Shown one piece after another: positions 40,092 through 52,925 of a stretch of DNA of 64,000 nucleotides. How positions within the stretch are numbered: the first letter of the stretch is position 1; every line of letters starts with the position of its first letter. The notes below the pieces were generated by a model. The model ran no database searches, was not told where the DNA came from, and saw only the letters and a list, made by a program, of their open reading frames with translations. A program made the translations under genes and the position numbers. Origin of the DNA: Octopus vulgaris (taxonomy: Eukaryota); the NCBI GenBank assembly GCA_951406725.2, contig OX597822.1:54498001-54562000 (forward strand), in the 5' to 3' direction.

Positions 40092-41659
40092 AGAAAGTGC
40101 CTGTGTGTGTACATGCACCTCTAAGTGTATGTATAAACATCTTCCTATAAATTTGTATGGGCGTGTTCATTTGCAAATGGATATGTATGCGTGTGTGTAT
40201 GTACGTGTGTGTGTGTCCATACGATTACGTGAATGAATCTGCACGTTGCGCGTGTGTGTATGTGTTTGTGCGTTTGTGTGTGTGTGTGTGTGTGCGTGTG
40301 TGTGCTCTTACGCGTGCATATGTCTGTGAGTGAAATTGCTTAAGAAGGTTTGTGAACGCGTATGTGAGTGGGCTGTTGCATACATGAGTACTTAAAGTGG
40401 CGTTCTGGGATTTGTGGCACCCTGTAGAGTAACTGATAACGTCATTCGTTTCTCCATGGAACTCCTCCCATAGCAAGCCATACAGAATGCTTCTAGTAAT
40501 TTTTATACCAATATTACTAGTAAAGCTTAATTCCCATGCATCACTGATGTAATAACACAAATAACTAGCAAAAAAACAAAAAAAACCAGTTTCAGGCGTT
40601 CATGAATACGTGAGTGAGTCAATGTCTACTTATATATGTAGGTACTTGCATATAAGTGGGTGTCAAGGCGCGTTGCTTATCGGTTAGAACCATAACCTCT
40701 TGGGTTCGATTCCTGGATTGAGGGTTATGTTGTGTCTTAGAATATTGAGTTTTCATTTCACATCGCGTCAGTCTAATCAGCTGCAAATCAACACCACCCG
40801 ACTGTTGGTAAAGCCCCTCTCCTTCCAGCTGTCGCGTTCTCGATATTCCATAAGATCGCGACTACCTTAGCGCCTAAAGGAGGATGTGGAGCAGATGCTT
40901 ATCTCTCTGACTTCAGATGTCAACAAAGACTTGGAAACTGATCATAATAACATGATCCCATTTATTTGGCAGATTGTTGATCTATTAGGCATAAAATTCT
41001 TCAGGATTCTTCAGGATTAATTAGCAAAGGAGTGGTGCTTACTACTAATTCGCACACGTTTACGAGTGCTGGTTAAAATTCTTATGCTTATATGCAGGTG
41101 CATGTGCGGATATACATGCACTCATGTAACGGTTGTGTACATTCATTTAGTACACAAGTGTGTGTATGTTTGATTACTCATCGTGTGCGCGTGTTATATG
41201 CACATATCATTACATACATATAAACATTCCAGGAAACTCAAATGAAGAATTTTTGAAATGTTTTACAGACCATCTCTGTGCCACTTATCAATTGGTTTTG
41301 GTGGACGCAGGCTGGATTACATTATTGTTTCTTGGAAAGCATCAGAATTTCATGTATGTATGTATGTATGTATGTATGTATGTATGTATGTATGTATGTA
41401 TGTATGTATGTATGTATGTACTTTGGTACCAATGTGCGTTTCTACGTATGTATTTGTGTATATGTGTGTATAAATATATTTCAAAGGCAGAAGTGAAATT
41501 ATATTCGAAATCAGACAGGGCTGAAATAATATTAGTTTGTTTTTGTGCATGTTTTGAAGAACTAGCAGGGAGTCAGCACGGATATTAAATAATTATATAT
41601 ATATATATAAATCACACTGGAAAAAATTAAGACACTAAATATAAATGCTTTGCTTCACT

Positions 41660-43280
41660 CTCTGCACTCGTTAACTAAGGAACTAGATGAGGCCATGGAG
41701 TCTGGCTCTGCATCTAGAGTGTTGACAGCGAGAGAGGTTTTGTACTGTCATCTCAAAGCCAAACACGAAGGATGTAGGATCAGAGCTAAACTTCGTGCGG
41801 TGCGAAGGGAAGATATTAACGTTGCCGGATGGGCACGTCGTGTGGAGAGTCAGAGAGGTAGAGAAGCTTCTATTAAGTCTTTAACAGACGAAAAGGGGCG
41901 TTCGATAGAAGGACAGGGGGAGATGTGAAAGGGTTTTCACCAACATTTCGCCCGGTTGTTCGGCAGCAGCGACGAACTGGACCGTGGGCAGCCCCCAAGG
42001 AACTTCCCCACCGGTGGACCGCGACTCTTGGCACGAGAGGCGGAATGCTGTGAAGGGCCGATTACGTCTGCGGTGGTCGAAGAGGTACTGGCTGAGTGCG
42101 CTGGGGACAAGTCTCCGGGGCTGGACGGTCTACCCTATGAATTTTATTGTAGTATGCCGGACTTGTTTTCGCACTTGCTGGCCTGCGTCTATGCTTGTGA
42201 GGCGCTATGTTTGCTGCCGAAACCCGCTAAAGGGAAGGCTAAGGATGCCGTGGCTAATCATGCGCAGACATACGCTGAGGCTGAGGCACCTCTCGCTCTA
42301 CCTGGACGGTGACCAGGTATGGAATTCGCTGGCAAAGGCATTCTTTCCCAACTAGCCTCCGAGAAATTTTAACTCTGTTTCGTGAAATGACGCAGTCTGA
42401 CGGAGTGTCAAAAAGAGTGCCGACAGGCACTCATGCTAATCCACAAAGCGGGCAAGGCCGGCAGTGAGAATACCACCTCGGTACTCTATAGCAGGCTGGT
42501 AGAGTCCAAGAGGGATGATATCCTAGGAGAAGCTCTGGGACTCGATGAGGATCAACTAGCCAACTTGTTTAAAAGAACTTTCGGGTCGGGCTACCTGGAT
42601 AACTTCCAGAAATCCCTGACCTGGCAGTCCTATAGGAACGCTTTACCTGTTCATGATAAACTGTCTAGACGCGGGATGTCTGTACCACCGGCTTGCCCAA
42701 AGTGCGGGCGTGATGAGGAAACCGTTCCGCACGCTCTTGTTCATTGTCCGGAGATTTCAGGCCTGATAGTTTACGCGGAACACGTGGTGTCACATTTAGG
42801 AAGATTATAGCTATCAGCTGAGTGTATGATTAAGATTGTACCGTCACCCGGACTGTCAAAGGAAGGTGAAGTATGTTTGTTAAGCACAGTTGCCGTTTTG
42901 AAAGAGTGTATATGGAAAACGAGAATGAAAGGAATCGCGACGGGAACCTTTATCTTTGGCCCTGGTTTGCTCTACTACTTCAGATTTCATCTGAAGAGTA
43001 AGATAGAGCTGTAGAGAGGACGCCTGCCGCGAAGCATATACAAGAAAAGATGGAAAGATGGGTGTGAAAGACCCTGCTTAAATACATAGAAAATCCGTGC
43101 GGTGTAGCCGGTGGACTCCCGGCCAAAATGTAAAAATGTTTTCATTAAAATTGACATTCATTGTAAATACATCACTCGAAATTTTTAACCGCTTATCGCA
43201 AACGAACTCATAATCTTTATGTTTTGTAATGTCCTGTTCTGTCTCGTCTATGTTCGATCTACGTGATCATAATAAAGAAT
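41660..43280 (+). mobile_element. Tx1/L1-clade LINE with internal deletion of most of the RT
   Basis: EGPITSAVVEEVL..DKSPGLDGLPYEFY joins directly to MPWLIMRRHTLRLRHL; CCHC CPKCGRDEETVPHALVHC; ends aataaagaatt. Confidence 0.88.
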
Positions 43281-43302
43281 TCATCCCTAGGTGGTGACTG
43301 TT

Positions 43303-43345
43303 ACACGCTGATGACAGGTTACTACACAGAAACCCGGGTCCGTGT
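43303..43345 (+). ncRNA. Minimal type I hammerhead ribozyme motif (stem II poorly paired)
   Basis: acacg-CTGATGA-caggttactacaca-GAAA-C-CCGG-G-TC^cgtgt: perfect 5-bp stem I, intact core, palindromic loop III, GUC site. Confidence 0.6.
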
Positions 43346-43610
43346 TTATCACGTCAGGCTAGAAATGGGAACGATGATTTCCTTTCGCAAATACTGACCG
43401 GGCACAGACAGTGTGTCGTTAGCCAGCTGGGGGAGATGTCTTCCTGGGGCTATAAACTACAGTAGCACCGTTCCATATGAGTCAGCCACATTTAAGTGGC
43501 AAATATACTTCACGATGTCGTACTGCTACTGTTTACATCTCACTCAGAGATTTATTATTGCTTATATATATATATATATATATATATAACTCCAAGAAAG
43601 TTAGGGGCTG

Positions 43611-43664
<54 letters not shown>

Positions 43665-43665
<1 letters not shown>

Positions 43666-43860
43666 TCGCCATGATAGATCGCTAGCCACTGCACATTCTT
43701 TATTTTCTCTCCTTGTTTCTTTCTGTGTTTCATTCTGTGGAAGAGCGTAGGCTCGAAACGTTAAAGACTTTTTCAATTCCCGAGCGTTATACTAATACAT
43801 TTGTTTGTTGTCGGCATCACCTGTCTTCGTCTTTTATTTTTTTCTGTTGTGAATTCTCCA
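43665..43860 (+). mobile_element. Solo PLE pLTR-like relic between (TA)n tracts
   Basis: ctgtgga-a-gagc-gtag-gctc-GAAA-cg-tt motif typical of pLTR ends. Confidence 0.55.
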
Positions 43861-43916
43861 TATATATATATATATATATATATACATACAATATATATAA
43901 CCACACAAATGTAGGA

Positions 43917-43952
<36 letters not shown>

Positions 43953-44253
43953 AAAAAAGAAAGAAAGAAAGAAAGGAAGAATGAATGAAAGAAAGAAAGA
44001 AAGAAAGAAAGAAAAAAAGAAAGAAAGAAAGAGAGAAAAAAGAAAAATCTGAAATTGTGAAAAAGCAAAATCGTCCCCACAAAAAGTAAAAATAACTATA
44101 AAAGATTCTGGGAACTTTTTTAAACATGAAGAGCTTTAAAATTATCTAACAGCGCTAATATCGATATTAAAACTGACCGTCGTTTCATTTATCCTATATT
44201 TCCATTTATAACGCTGTAATAACTTGTGTGTGTGTGGGGGGGGGTATCAAAGG

Positions 44254-44589
44254 AAATAACTGCTGTTCCCTTCAAACTTTGCTTTTGTGACATGAAAGCA
44301 ATGTCTTGAAACTGACCTGTTTTCCATTACATTTCAGACAGATTCAGCGCTGAATCGCAGAAGCAGAAATATCGTTATTGCAAATATTCTGCTCAATACC
44401 ACAGATCTGCTTGCTAATAGATTGACCTTAACCACTTGAGCATGACCCTTAGGGACTGGCAATATGTTCAATCTCTGATCATGAGCAAGAATAGAGGGGG
44501 ACCATTGTAGCTATGTGTTAAGAGGTATTCTTTGGTGTTTTTAAATAAATGTAACAAAAGCAAAGTTTGAAGGAAATATTAGCCATTTT
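44254..44589. mobile_element. MITE-like element with ~40-bp inverted ends
   Basis: ttcccttcaaactttgcttttgtgacat / atgtaacaaaagcaaagtttgaaggaaa; no clear TSD. Confidence 0.6.
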
Positions 44590-44699
44590 TCATACTTCCT
44601 AGGGGTTAGCAAATAGGAAATAGCAGCTGCCAGCCTCGGACACAAGCCGCGTTATACAGTGTAATTTATGTTTCACATTCTCTTTGGCTGCTAAACGTA

Positions 44700-45084
44700 G
44701 GAGGAGCACTCCGTCGGTTGCGACGATGAGGGTCCCAGCTGATACGATCAACGGAACAGCTTGCTCGTGAAATTAACGTGCAAGTGGCTGAGCACTCCAC
44801 AGACACGTGCACCCTTAACGTAGTTCTCAGGAAGATTCAGCGTGACACACAGAATGTGACAAGGCTGGCCCTTTGAAATACAGGTACAAGAGAAACAGGA
44901 AGAAAGAGCGAGAGAAAGTTGTGGTGAAAGAGTACAGCAGGGTTCACACCCCGCCTGCCGGAGCCTCGTGGAGCTTTAGGTGTTTTCGCTCAATAAACAC
45001 TCACAATGCCCGGTCTGGGAATCGAAACCGCGATCCTCCGACCGCGAGTGCGCTGCCCTAACCACTGGGCCATTGCGCCTCCAC
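44700..45084 (-). mobile_element. Full-length young tRNA-derived SINE family C with perfect 14-bp TSD
   Basis: TSD ggctgctaaacgta at 44686-44699 and 45085-45098; head gtggaggcgcaatggcccagtggttagggc...ggtttcgattccc (A/B boxes). Confidence 0.92.
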
Positions 45085-45369
45085 GGCTGCTAAACGTATT
45101 CTATAATGATTAAGCCGCATAAACATTTTCTTTTAATAAGACGCAATAGTATTACTTCATTTTCCCATCATGGTTTTCTGTCTTACATTTTCTTTTTTTT
45201 TTTTTTTTTTTCTTTCTCTAATTTCAGGAAATTCCATTCCTGCAAATCATCAGAAGTTTTTCTATTGACCTTTTTAATTATTTCCTTATTCACATATTTA
45301 TTTATTAATATCTTTATTATTTTTTATTCCGTTACATACAAAAATCGGTTAATCAAAAATAAGGAACTG

Positions 45370-45815
45370 GAAATATTTCTAGAATGATATAAATAAGACC
45401 AACTTCACTGTTCGTCTCTCCTGACCCAACAAAATAAAGTACCAGTTATATTCTGACGTCAATGTTATCGAATGGCCCCTGACCACTATATTTCTGGCCT
45501 TGTGCCCATGTTAGAAACCACAATTGTTATTGTTGCTCTTGTTGTTGCTGCTGCTGTCATCATCTTCATCATCATCATCATCATCATCATCACTAAAGCG
45601 GCGAGCTGGCAGAATCGTTAGCACGCCGCTCGAAATATTTAGCGACATTTCATCCGTCTTCATGTTCTGAGTTCAAATTCTGCCAAGGTCGACTTCACCT
45701 TTCATCTTTTCGAGATCGATAAATTAAGTACCAGTGAAACACTGGAGTTGATTTAATCGATTACTTCCCTCCCCAATAAAATTTCAAGCCTTGTGCCTTC
45801 AGTAGAAAGAATTAC
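45370..45815 (+). mobile_element. Two SINE-A copies (first diverged)
   Basis: 45595-45815 full length (gcggcgagctggcagaatcgttag...gagttcaaattc); ~45370-45520 partial. Confidence 0.8.
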
Positions 45816-45824
45816 TATTGTTGC

Positions 45825-45855
<31 letters not shown>

Positions 45856-45891
45856 GCTGTTGCTGTTTTGTTGTTGTTGTTGTTGTTGTTG

Positions 45892-45934
<43 letters not shown>

Positions 45935-46300
45935 TTTATTGTCTTTGCACAGCTTCTAACGGTGTCAGCTGTTCACTACCTGTGAACTAAGGTAACACTC
46001 CTTATTTTTCAAGCGCCATCCGGAATAGTCGAGCGGTTCCAAACATTGCTGTTTTCTGCAAGTTCTCCACCCTTATTGCAACCCCTATTTCTTCCATGTA
46101 CTTCTCAATATTTTCACTCACTGTTCTCAGGGTTCCGACAATTATTAGTACTACTACCACCTTTTTCAGCGACCACAGCTGCTTAACCTCGCAAGCTAAC
46201 CTGCCATATCTATCGACTTTTCTTTCTTCCTTATCGAATACCTTGTTGTCAGCTGAGCATGCACTATCTAGTCAGCAACTTCCTTGTCTTTCTGTCTAAG
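45935..46300 (-). mobile_element. R4/Dong LINE 3' fragment
   Basis: Reverse complement of the 16458-16769 family; its 3' end abuts (TTA)n on the + strand. Confidence 0.85.
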
Positions 46301-46344
46301 CTGTTTAGTTCATCTACTGTCCATGCGGTTACCCCTGCTCCATA

Positions 46345-46700
46345 TCTGTCGACTTTGCCTTTCATCCTTTCGGGACCGATAAATTAATTATCAGTGAAAC
46401 ACTGGGGTTGATATAATCGACTAGTCTCCTCCCCGCAAAATTCAGGCTTTTTGCCTTTAGTAGAAAGGGTTATAATAATTATCATTAGGGGGATGAGTTG
46501 GCACAATCGTTAGCACACCGGACAAAATGCTTAGCGGCATTTTGTTCGTCTTTACGTTTTGGGTTCAATTTCTGCCACAGTCGGCTTTGTTTTTCTTCCT
46601 TTCAGGGTCGATAAATTTAGTGCCAGTTGAGCATTGGAGTCGATGTAATCGACCAGTCTCCTTCCCCCCAAATTTCAGGCTTTGTGCCCTTGGTAGAAAT
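46345..46700 (+). mobile_element. Two SINE-A units
   Basis: gtcgactttgcctttcatcctttcggg core and a second diverged unit. Confidence 0.8.
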
Positions 46701-46709
46701 GATTATTAT

Positions 46710-47600
46710 TTTTATTCTAGTTTTGCTTTTAATCTGCATGTTTGTCACAATCACTTGCCGAGACACACCCAGCGTTCTAGGACGAGTGAAGGATAAGTGA
46801 TGTTACAGTATGACTGAAAGCTTGGGAAGGAAAAGTAGCAGGGGCAGTAACGAAATATCTTCATGTAATACAACACATATTTAAATTGATATGGTTTTTT
46901 TTCTAAAGATGTGGGTAGTACTTATCAGCACAACCTTTTGGATTTCCTTGAAACATGGTTCTCCTGAGATGCTATCTAGATGCTTCTGACATCACTTTTT
47001 TTTATCATACCTAGGGCACCTACTATAACAGGGAAAGTTTTCGCTTTAAGATGCTGCATCTTTTGTATTTCAATTTCCAGGTCCTTATATTTACTTAATT
47101 TGTCAAATTCTCTTACAGATATATCTTTATCAGTAGGAACACTTACATCTATTTGTCCAACCATTAATGACTATGTCTGGTCGATTAGCCTGGATCATTC
47201 TGTCGGTGTTGACTGGAAAAGTCTAGAGGATAGTGACATTTTTACCTTCAACGATTGGCTCTGGATGATGTTCAAACCAATAAGTAAGAGTACTGATTAT
47301 GTAGTGTTTACATATTTTCTACTGTAAATACTGTCCTACTTAATCGTGGTGATTTTTGTATTCGTTTGGTGTCAGTACAGGGCATCTCGAGACGAGCTCG
47401 TTTACTGTTTCGTCAAATGTCTCACAAAATCTGCATTTAGGGTCAGAACTGTTTTGAAGAACGTTAGCCTGGCAGTTTTTGGTGAGCAAGCTTTGTTCTT
47501 GGGCCGCCAATAAGAAATCTTCAGTCTCAGCTTTCAGTCCTGAACCTCTCAGCGACTGATGAGTTGTTGCTTGGTCTACATTTTATATTTATAGCTGGAT
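46710..47600 (-). mobile_element. R4/Dong LINE 3' fragment (CCHC + RLE)
   Basis: LRGSGLKAETEDFLLAAQEQSLLT..CRFCETFDETV, IDVSVPTDKDISVREFDKLSKYKDLEIEI..PVIVGALG. Confidence 0.88.
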
Positions 47601-47699
47601 TGAGATTGAATTGCCTTCATTACTGTTGTTATTGTTGTTGTTGTTCTTGCTGCTATTGTTGTTGTTGTTATTGCTTTGGTGGTGGTGATTGTTTTTATT

Positions 47700-48955
47700 C
47701 ATATACATGCAACAGATTAGAGTGTTGGAACAGAAAATTCCTAACATCGGGTTACAACAAGTTCCCAGTACACCTATAACTACTTGGATACATTTTACCC
47801 GCACTTTCCATAGGCTCTGTAATTCAATGGCTACATCCTGGTACATTGCTATTTTTTCTATACTTCTAATATTGATTTTTTTCACCATTTAGAACTGTAA
47901 AATCAATTATCTGGCACTTTCTATCCTCTTTATCTACTACTAATAAATCGGGCCTTCTAGCTTGTATTACTCTGTAAGTCTGAATGTTTAAGTCCCACAA
48001 CATTTTATATTTCTTACTTTCTAGTACTTTACTGGGTTCATGTTCATATCATTTATCAGTATGTTCAATTCCTAGCTTTCTGCATAACTTCCAGTGGATT
48101 ACTCTCCCTAGGTATTCATATCTTTTTTTGTACTCTTTCTGTACCAGCATGCTACATTAATTTACTATATGAGTAACACTTTCCTCTTTTGATTTGCATA
48201 TTCTACATTTGAATTCTGCTTTGTTTTTGTCTATCTTGGTTTTTAGCCAATTAGTCATTAATGCTTGATCTTGTGTTGCTACTAGCAAACTTTCTGTCTC
48301 CCTTTCTGCAACCATAACCATCTCCCACTAATACTATTTGCTGCAACTATCTTTGGGAACCTATCATGCAAAGCCTTCTGCCCGTCAGATAATATTTGTT
48401 CCTTTTTCTGGGTTTTTAACTTCGTTTGTTTGTTTTTGGTTTCCCTATCTTGCTGTACCTCTAGCAGCTCTTAATAAACTTACTTCACTATTACCTACGT
48501 AGGTGTCTATATCTACTCTAGCTAATTCCACGCAGCCTTCTGGTGATATTAGCAAACTTCCACTTTCCTTTCTAGGTAGGTATAATCTTGCTACTTCTGC
48601 CCCTGGGTGATACCCTCCATTCATATTGAATTCCTTCCTAGTTCTTTTGTCTAGCTTTGCTGATTCAGTTTTTGTCCAATCAACAAAAGCTGCTGAGTAT
48701 CTAAGTAATGATATTGCCCAAGTGTTAACAACCTTCATTAGATTCGGACCATTTAGCTTTGACTTCATTAGCTTCTTCAACCATCTGATGTGCTCCTTCT
48801 CAATTTTCGTTTTCATTTCTATAGTCAGTTGTTTATCAGATTCTAATACTCCTAAATACTTATAACGCTCTCTTTCATTTAATGATTTTAATGTTTGACC
48901 ATCTAGTAATTGGATGCTTTCACTGTTGACTACCTGTCCCTTTTTCTATGAGAGA
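47700..48955 (-). mobile_element. R4/Dong LINE 3' half, another family
   Basis: YKYLGVLES...KLMKSKLNGPNLMKVVNTWAISLLRYS, RLYLPRKESG, CRICKSKEESVTHI, LWDLNIQT...ARRPDLLVVD. Confidence 0.88.
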
Positions 48956-48959
48956 TGGT

Positions 48960-49215
48960 GATACAAGCCAAATCGGAAATTCTTGTGTCACCATCTCAAG
49001 CGACTGGCCTTTCCAATTTTCTGCTTCCTTTCTCTGCATTTGCAGAATGGACATTTTTTTCCTTCATGTCGTACAAAACGGCTGCTGCAATCCATGAAAC
49101 GTCCAGCCGAGCTGGAATTTCCTCCACTTTGATTTTCGCCGTTCTCCTGCCTAAATAAGTTGGCAGGAGAATTATGTCTTCATTTTCCAGTGTCAATCTA
49201 GACGGTTCTTTAGCT
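48960..49215 (-). mobile_element. Possible Tx1-like ORF1 fragment
   Basis: IILLPTYLGRRTAKIKVEEIPARLDVSWIAAAVL; recognised from recall only. Confidence 0.3.
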
Positions 49216-50074
49216 CAACTTTCGTCAGCAAATTAAGCGTCCACTGTAGTACTTTTAATCACCGGCTAGGGATGTGAAGTGATTTCGAACGCAAAATACT
49301 ATATGCTTTTTCCAGTGACAAAAAGTCGCTGATCTCGAAAAAGGAGAAACAAGCAATAATAAATCTCTGAGCGAGATGTAAACAGTAGCAACATGACATC
49401 GTGAAGTATATTTGCCACTCTGAAAGGATGAAAGGCGAATTCATCTTCGGAGGGATTTGTACTTAGAAAGAAAAGCCGGATGAAATGCTGCTAAGGATTT
49501 TCTCCGACGTGCTTAACGATCTTGCCAGTTCTCCTCCTAAATGCTGCAAAATATTTCGTCCAATGCCCTAACAATGCTGCTAATCTATCTGTATTACTGA
49601 AATACTAAGATGAGTCTAATCAACATTGAGTTATTGCAACCTAGTGGGAAAATGTAAAAGCCAGAACGCAAAAAAAATGTTAATCGTTTTTTTCATAAAG
49701 ATAACCCATGCTATGAAATTTCAATACATATAATTTTAATTTTATTGAAGTACGGAAATAAACTTCCTGTGAACCAAATTCAAAATACGGTTTTCATTCC
49801 TGCTGGGAACCATTTTAATTTACTTATGCCACTCAAACAAGCACACATGTGGATTAACAATGAAGCCGCTACGTGGTTTCTCGGTCTGCAAGAAACAGCA
49901 GCTGAATTTCTTTTAAACTACAGCCAGCAGTCTTTAAAAAAATTATGGATGGAAATTTTGAATAACGTAATCTTGGATAAATTATATGAAAGTAAGTTGG
50001 GATTGCTATGGGATGTGTTGATAACAAGTCTGCTTGATCAGAGCTGACCTGGATCTGAACAAGAACCACATAAT

Positions 50075-50217
50075 CTTCTTCTTCTTCTTCTTCTTCTTCT
50101 TCTTCTTCTTCTTCTTCTTCTTCTTCTTCTTCTTCTTCTTCTTCTTCTTCTTCTTCTTCTTCTTCTTCTTCTTCTTCTTCTTCTTCTTCTTCTTCTTCTT
50201 CTTCTTCTTCTTCTTCT
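50075..50217. repeat. Pure (CTT)n, about 47 units (others at ~51750-51850 and ~53810-53903)
   Basis: Direct tandem repeat. Confidence 0.97.
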
Positions 50218-50489
50218 CCTGCTCCTCCCCCTTTAAGCGGCCACAACTGAAATGATTTTCACCACGCCTAAGGATTTCTGCGCTCACCTATTAAGTTTGG
50301 TTGGTTCTCAACTTCATGTTCTGTGTCTCTGCCAATAACAACAATAGTTAGATATGGGAGCTTTTTTTTTTTTTTGTCTTCTATTAACGTGAAAAAGTCT
50401 TCAAAGTTTCCCTTGAATCTAGTTGAAAGGGAAGTTGACACCTCTAAGTGGCCAAAAGATACTTGTCAAATTAAAGCTCTTGTGACTAT

Positions 50490-50737
50490 TTGTTTGTTCC
50501 TTCTCGAGCCATACCTGGCTCATAAGGGCCCGTTTCCCAGTTTCCTTGGGGTATAGGTCCCCCAACTGGGTATAGGTCCGTCGCAGGTGAGCTGCAAGAT
50601 GCAGGAGGAAAGAGTGAGAGAAAGTTGTAGCGAAAGAGTCAGCAGAAGTTCGCCATTACATTCTGCCGGAGCCGCGTGGAGCTTAGGTGTTTCGCTCATA
50701 AACACACACATCGCCCGGTCTGAGATTCGAACATCCA
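50490..50737 (-). mobile_element. 5'-truncated SINE sharing head/body with family C but a different tail
   Basis: 50601-50732 aligns to ~44896-45028; flanks cttgtgactat / cttgtgcctat look like an 11-bp TSD. Confidence 0.78.
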
Positions 50738-51874
50738 CTTGTGCCTATAGTAGAAATAATTATTTTTTAGTATTGTTCTGGTTGTTGTTGTTTTGCAGAT
50801 ATTTTTCAACAAGGTGCAGTACGGGGGAGGTCAAGTAAAAACCAAGACTAGGGGGTTCGCTTCTGAAATATCATGCTCCATGATTCTCTACAAGTTGGCC
50901 AACGCTGGTGGTACAGCACATCTTGCTTTCTATAGAATGCCAAAGCGACTTACACCTTCAGGCAGAGTTTGGTGATCGACAACCTTGAGATTACACTTAA
51001 ATTTTTCTTTTTAAGCTGCTGGATTTCTGTAGCCCTTGTCTTCTCTCTTTGGGCTATTTCCATTTGTGCAATAAACATCATCATCATCATCATCATCATC
51101 TACAGCAGCAACGGCAGCAGCAGCAGCAGCAGAAGCAGAAACAGCAGCACAACCACCATCACAATTACCATTACCACCACTACCAAAACCACCACGACCA
51201 CCATCATCACAACCACCACCAACACCACCAGCACCACCATCACCATCATCATCATTATCAACAACATCAACAACACCCACAAAACAACAGCAGCTGTCAT
51301 AGCAATAATAACATGCTCTACCCGAAAGGCATATTCTTGAAGAATATCATAAGAAACATCCACTGCGAATGAAGAAAGCCTAAACACACACTCGCTGTGT
51401 TAGAAATGACAGCCACATATACCTCAGATCACACCGCGGACATCATGCTGGACAACTTGGTCTTTGAAATACGATTATCTGAAATGAAAATGAATTGCTG
51501 GAAACAATTTGTTCATGTCTTCTGAATAGCGGCTGCCCTGGGCTAAGCCACCACAACAACAGATTAGTCTATCATTTATCCGATCAATCTTACCTGAGAC
51601 GAGATGCTACAACACCTACGATGTCTGGATAAGATAAATGAAGCAATCATTCAATTCTGCATTTGAATTTTTTCACAATTTAATTGTAAACATTTATGGT
51701 TGATAAAGCAAAACCTTGTTGTTGTTATTGTTGTTGTTGTTGTTGTTGTTCTTCTTCTTCTTCTTCTTCTTCTTCTTCTTCTTCTTCTTCTTCTTCTTCT
51801 TCTTCTTCTTCTTCTTCTTCTTCTGCTTCTTCTTCTTCTACTTCTTCTTTTCATCATCATCATCATCATCATCA

Positions 51875-52925
<1,051 letters not shown>

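Noticed and set aside
45010-45084. tRNA-like sequence on the minus strand
   Set aside because: It is the head of a TSD-flanked SINE, continuing into the SINE body with no Pol III terminator or complete acceptor stem.
51049-51372. His/Gln-rich ORF resembling a transcription-factor low-complexity region
   Set aside because: Compound (CAT)/(CAG)/(CAC) repeat open in several frames on both strands; flanked by old repeats.
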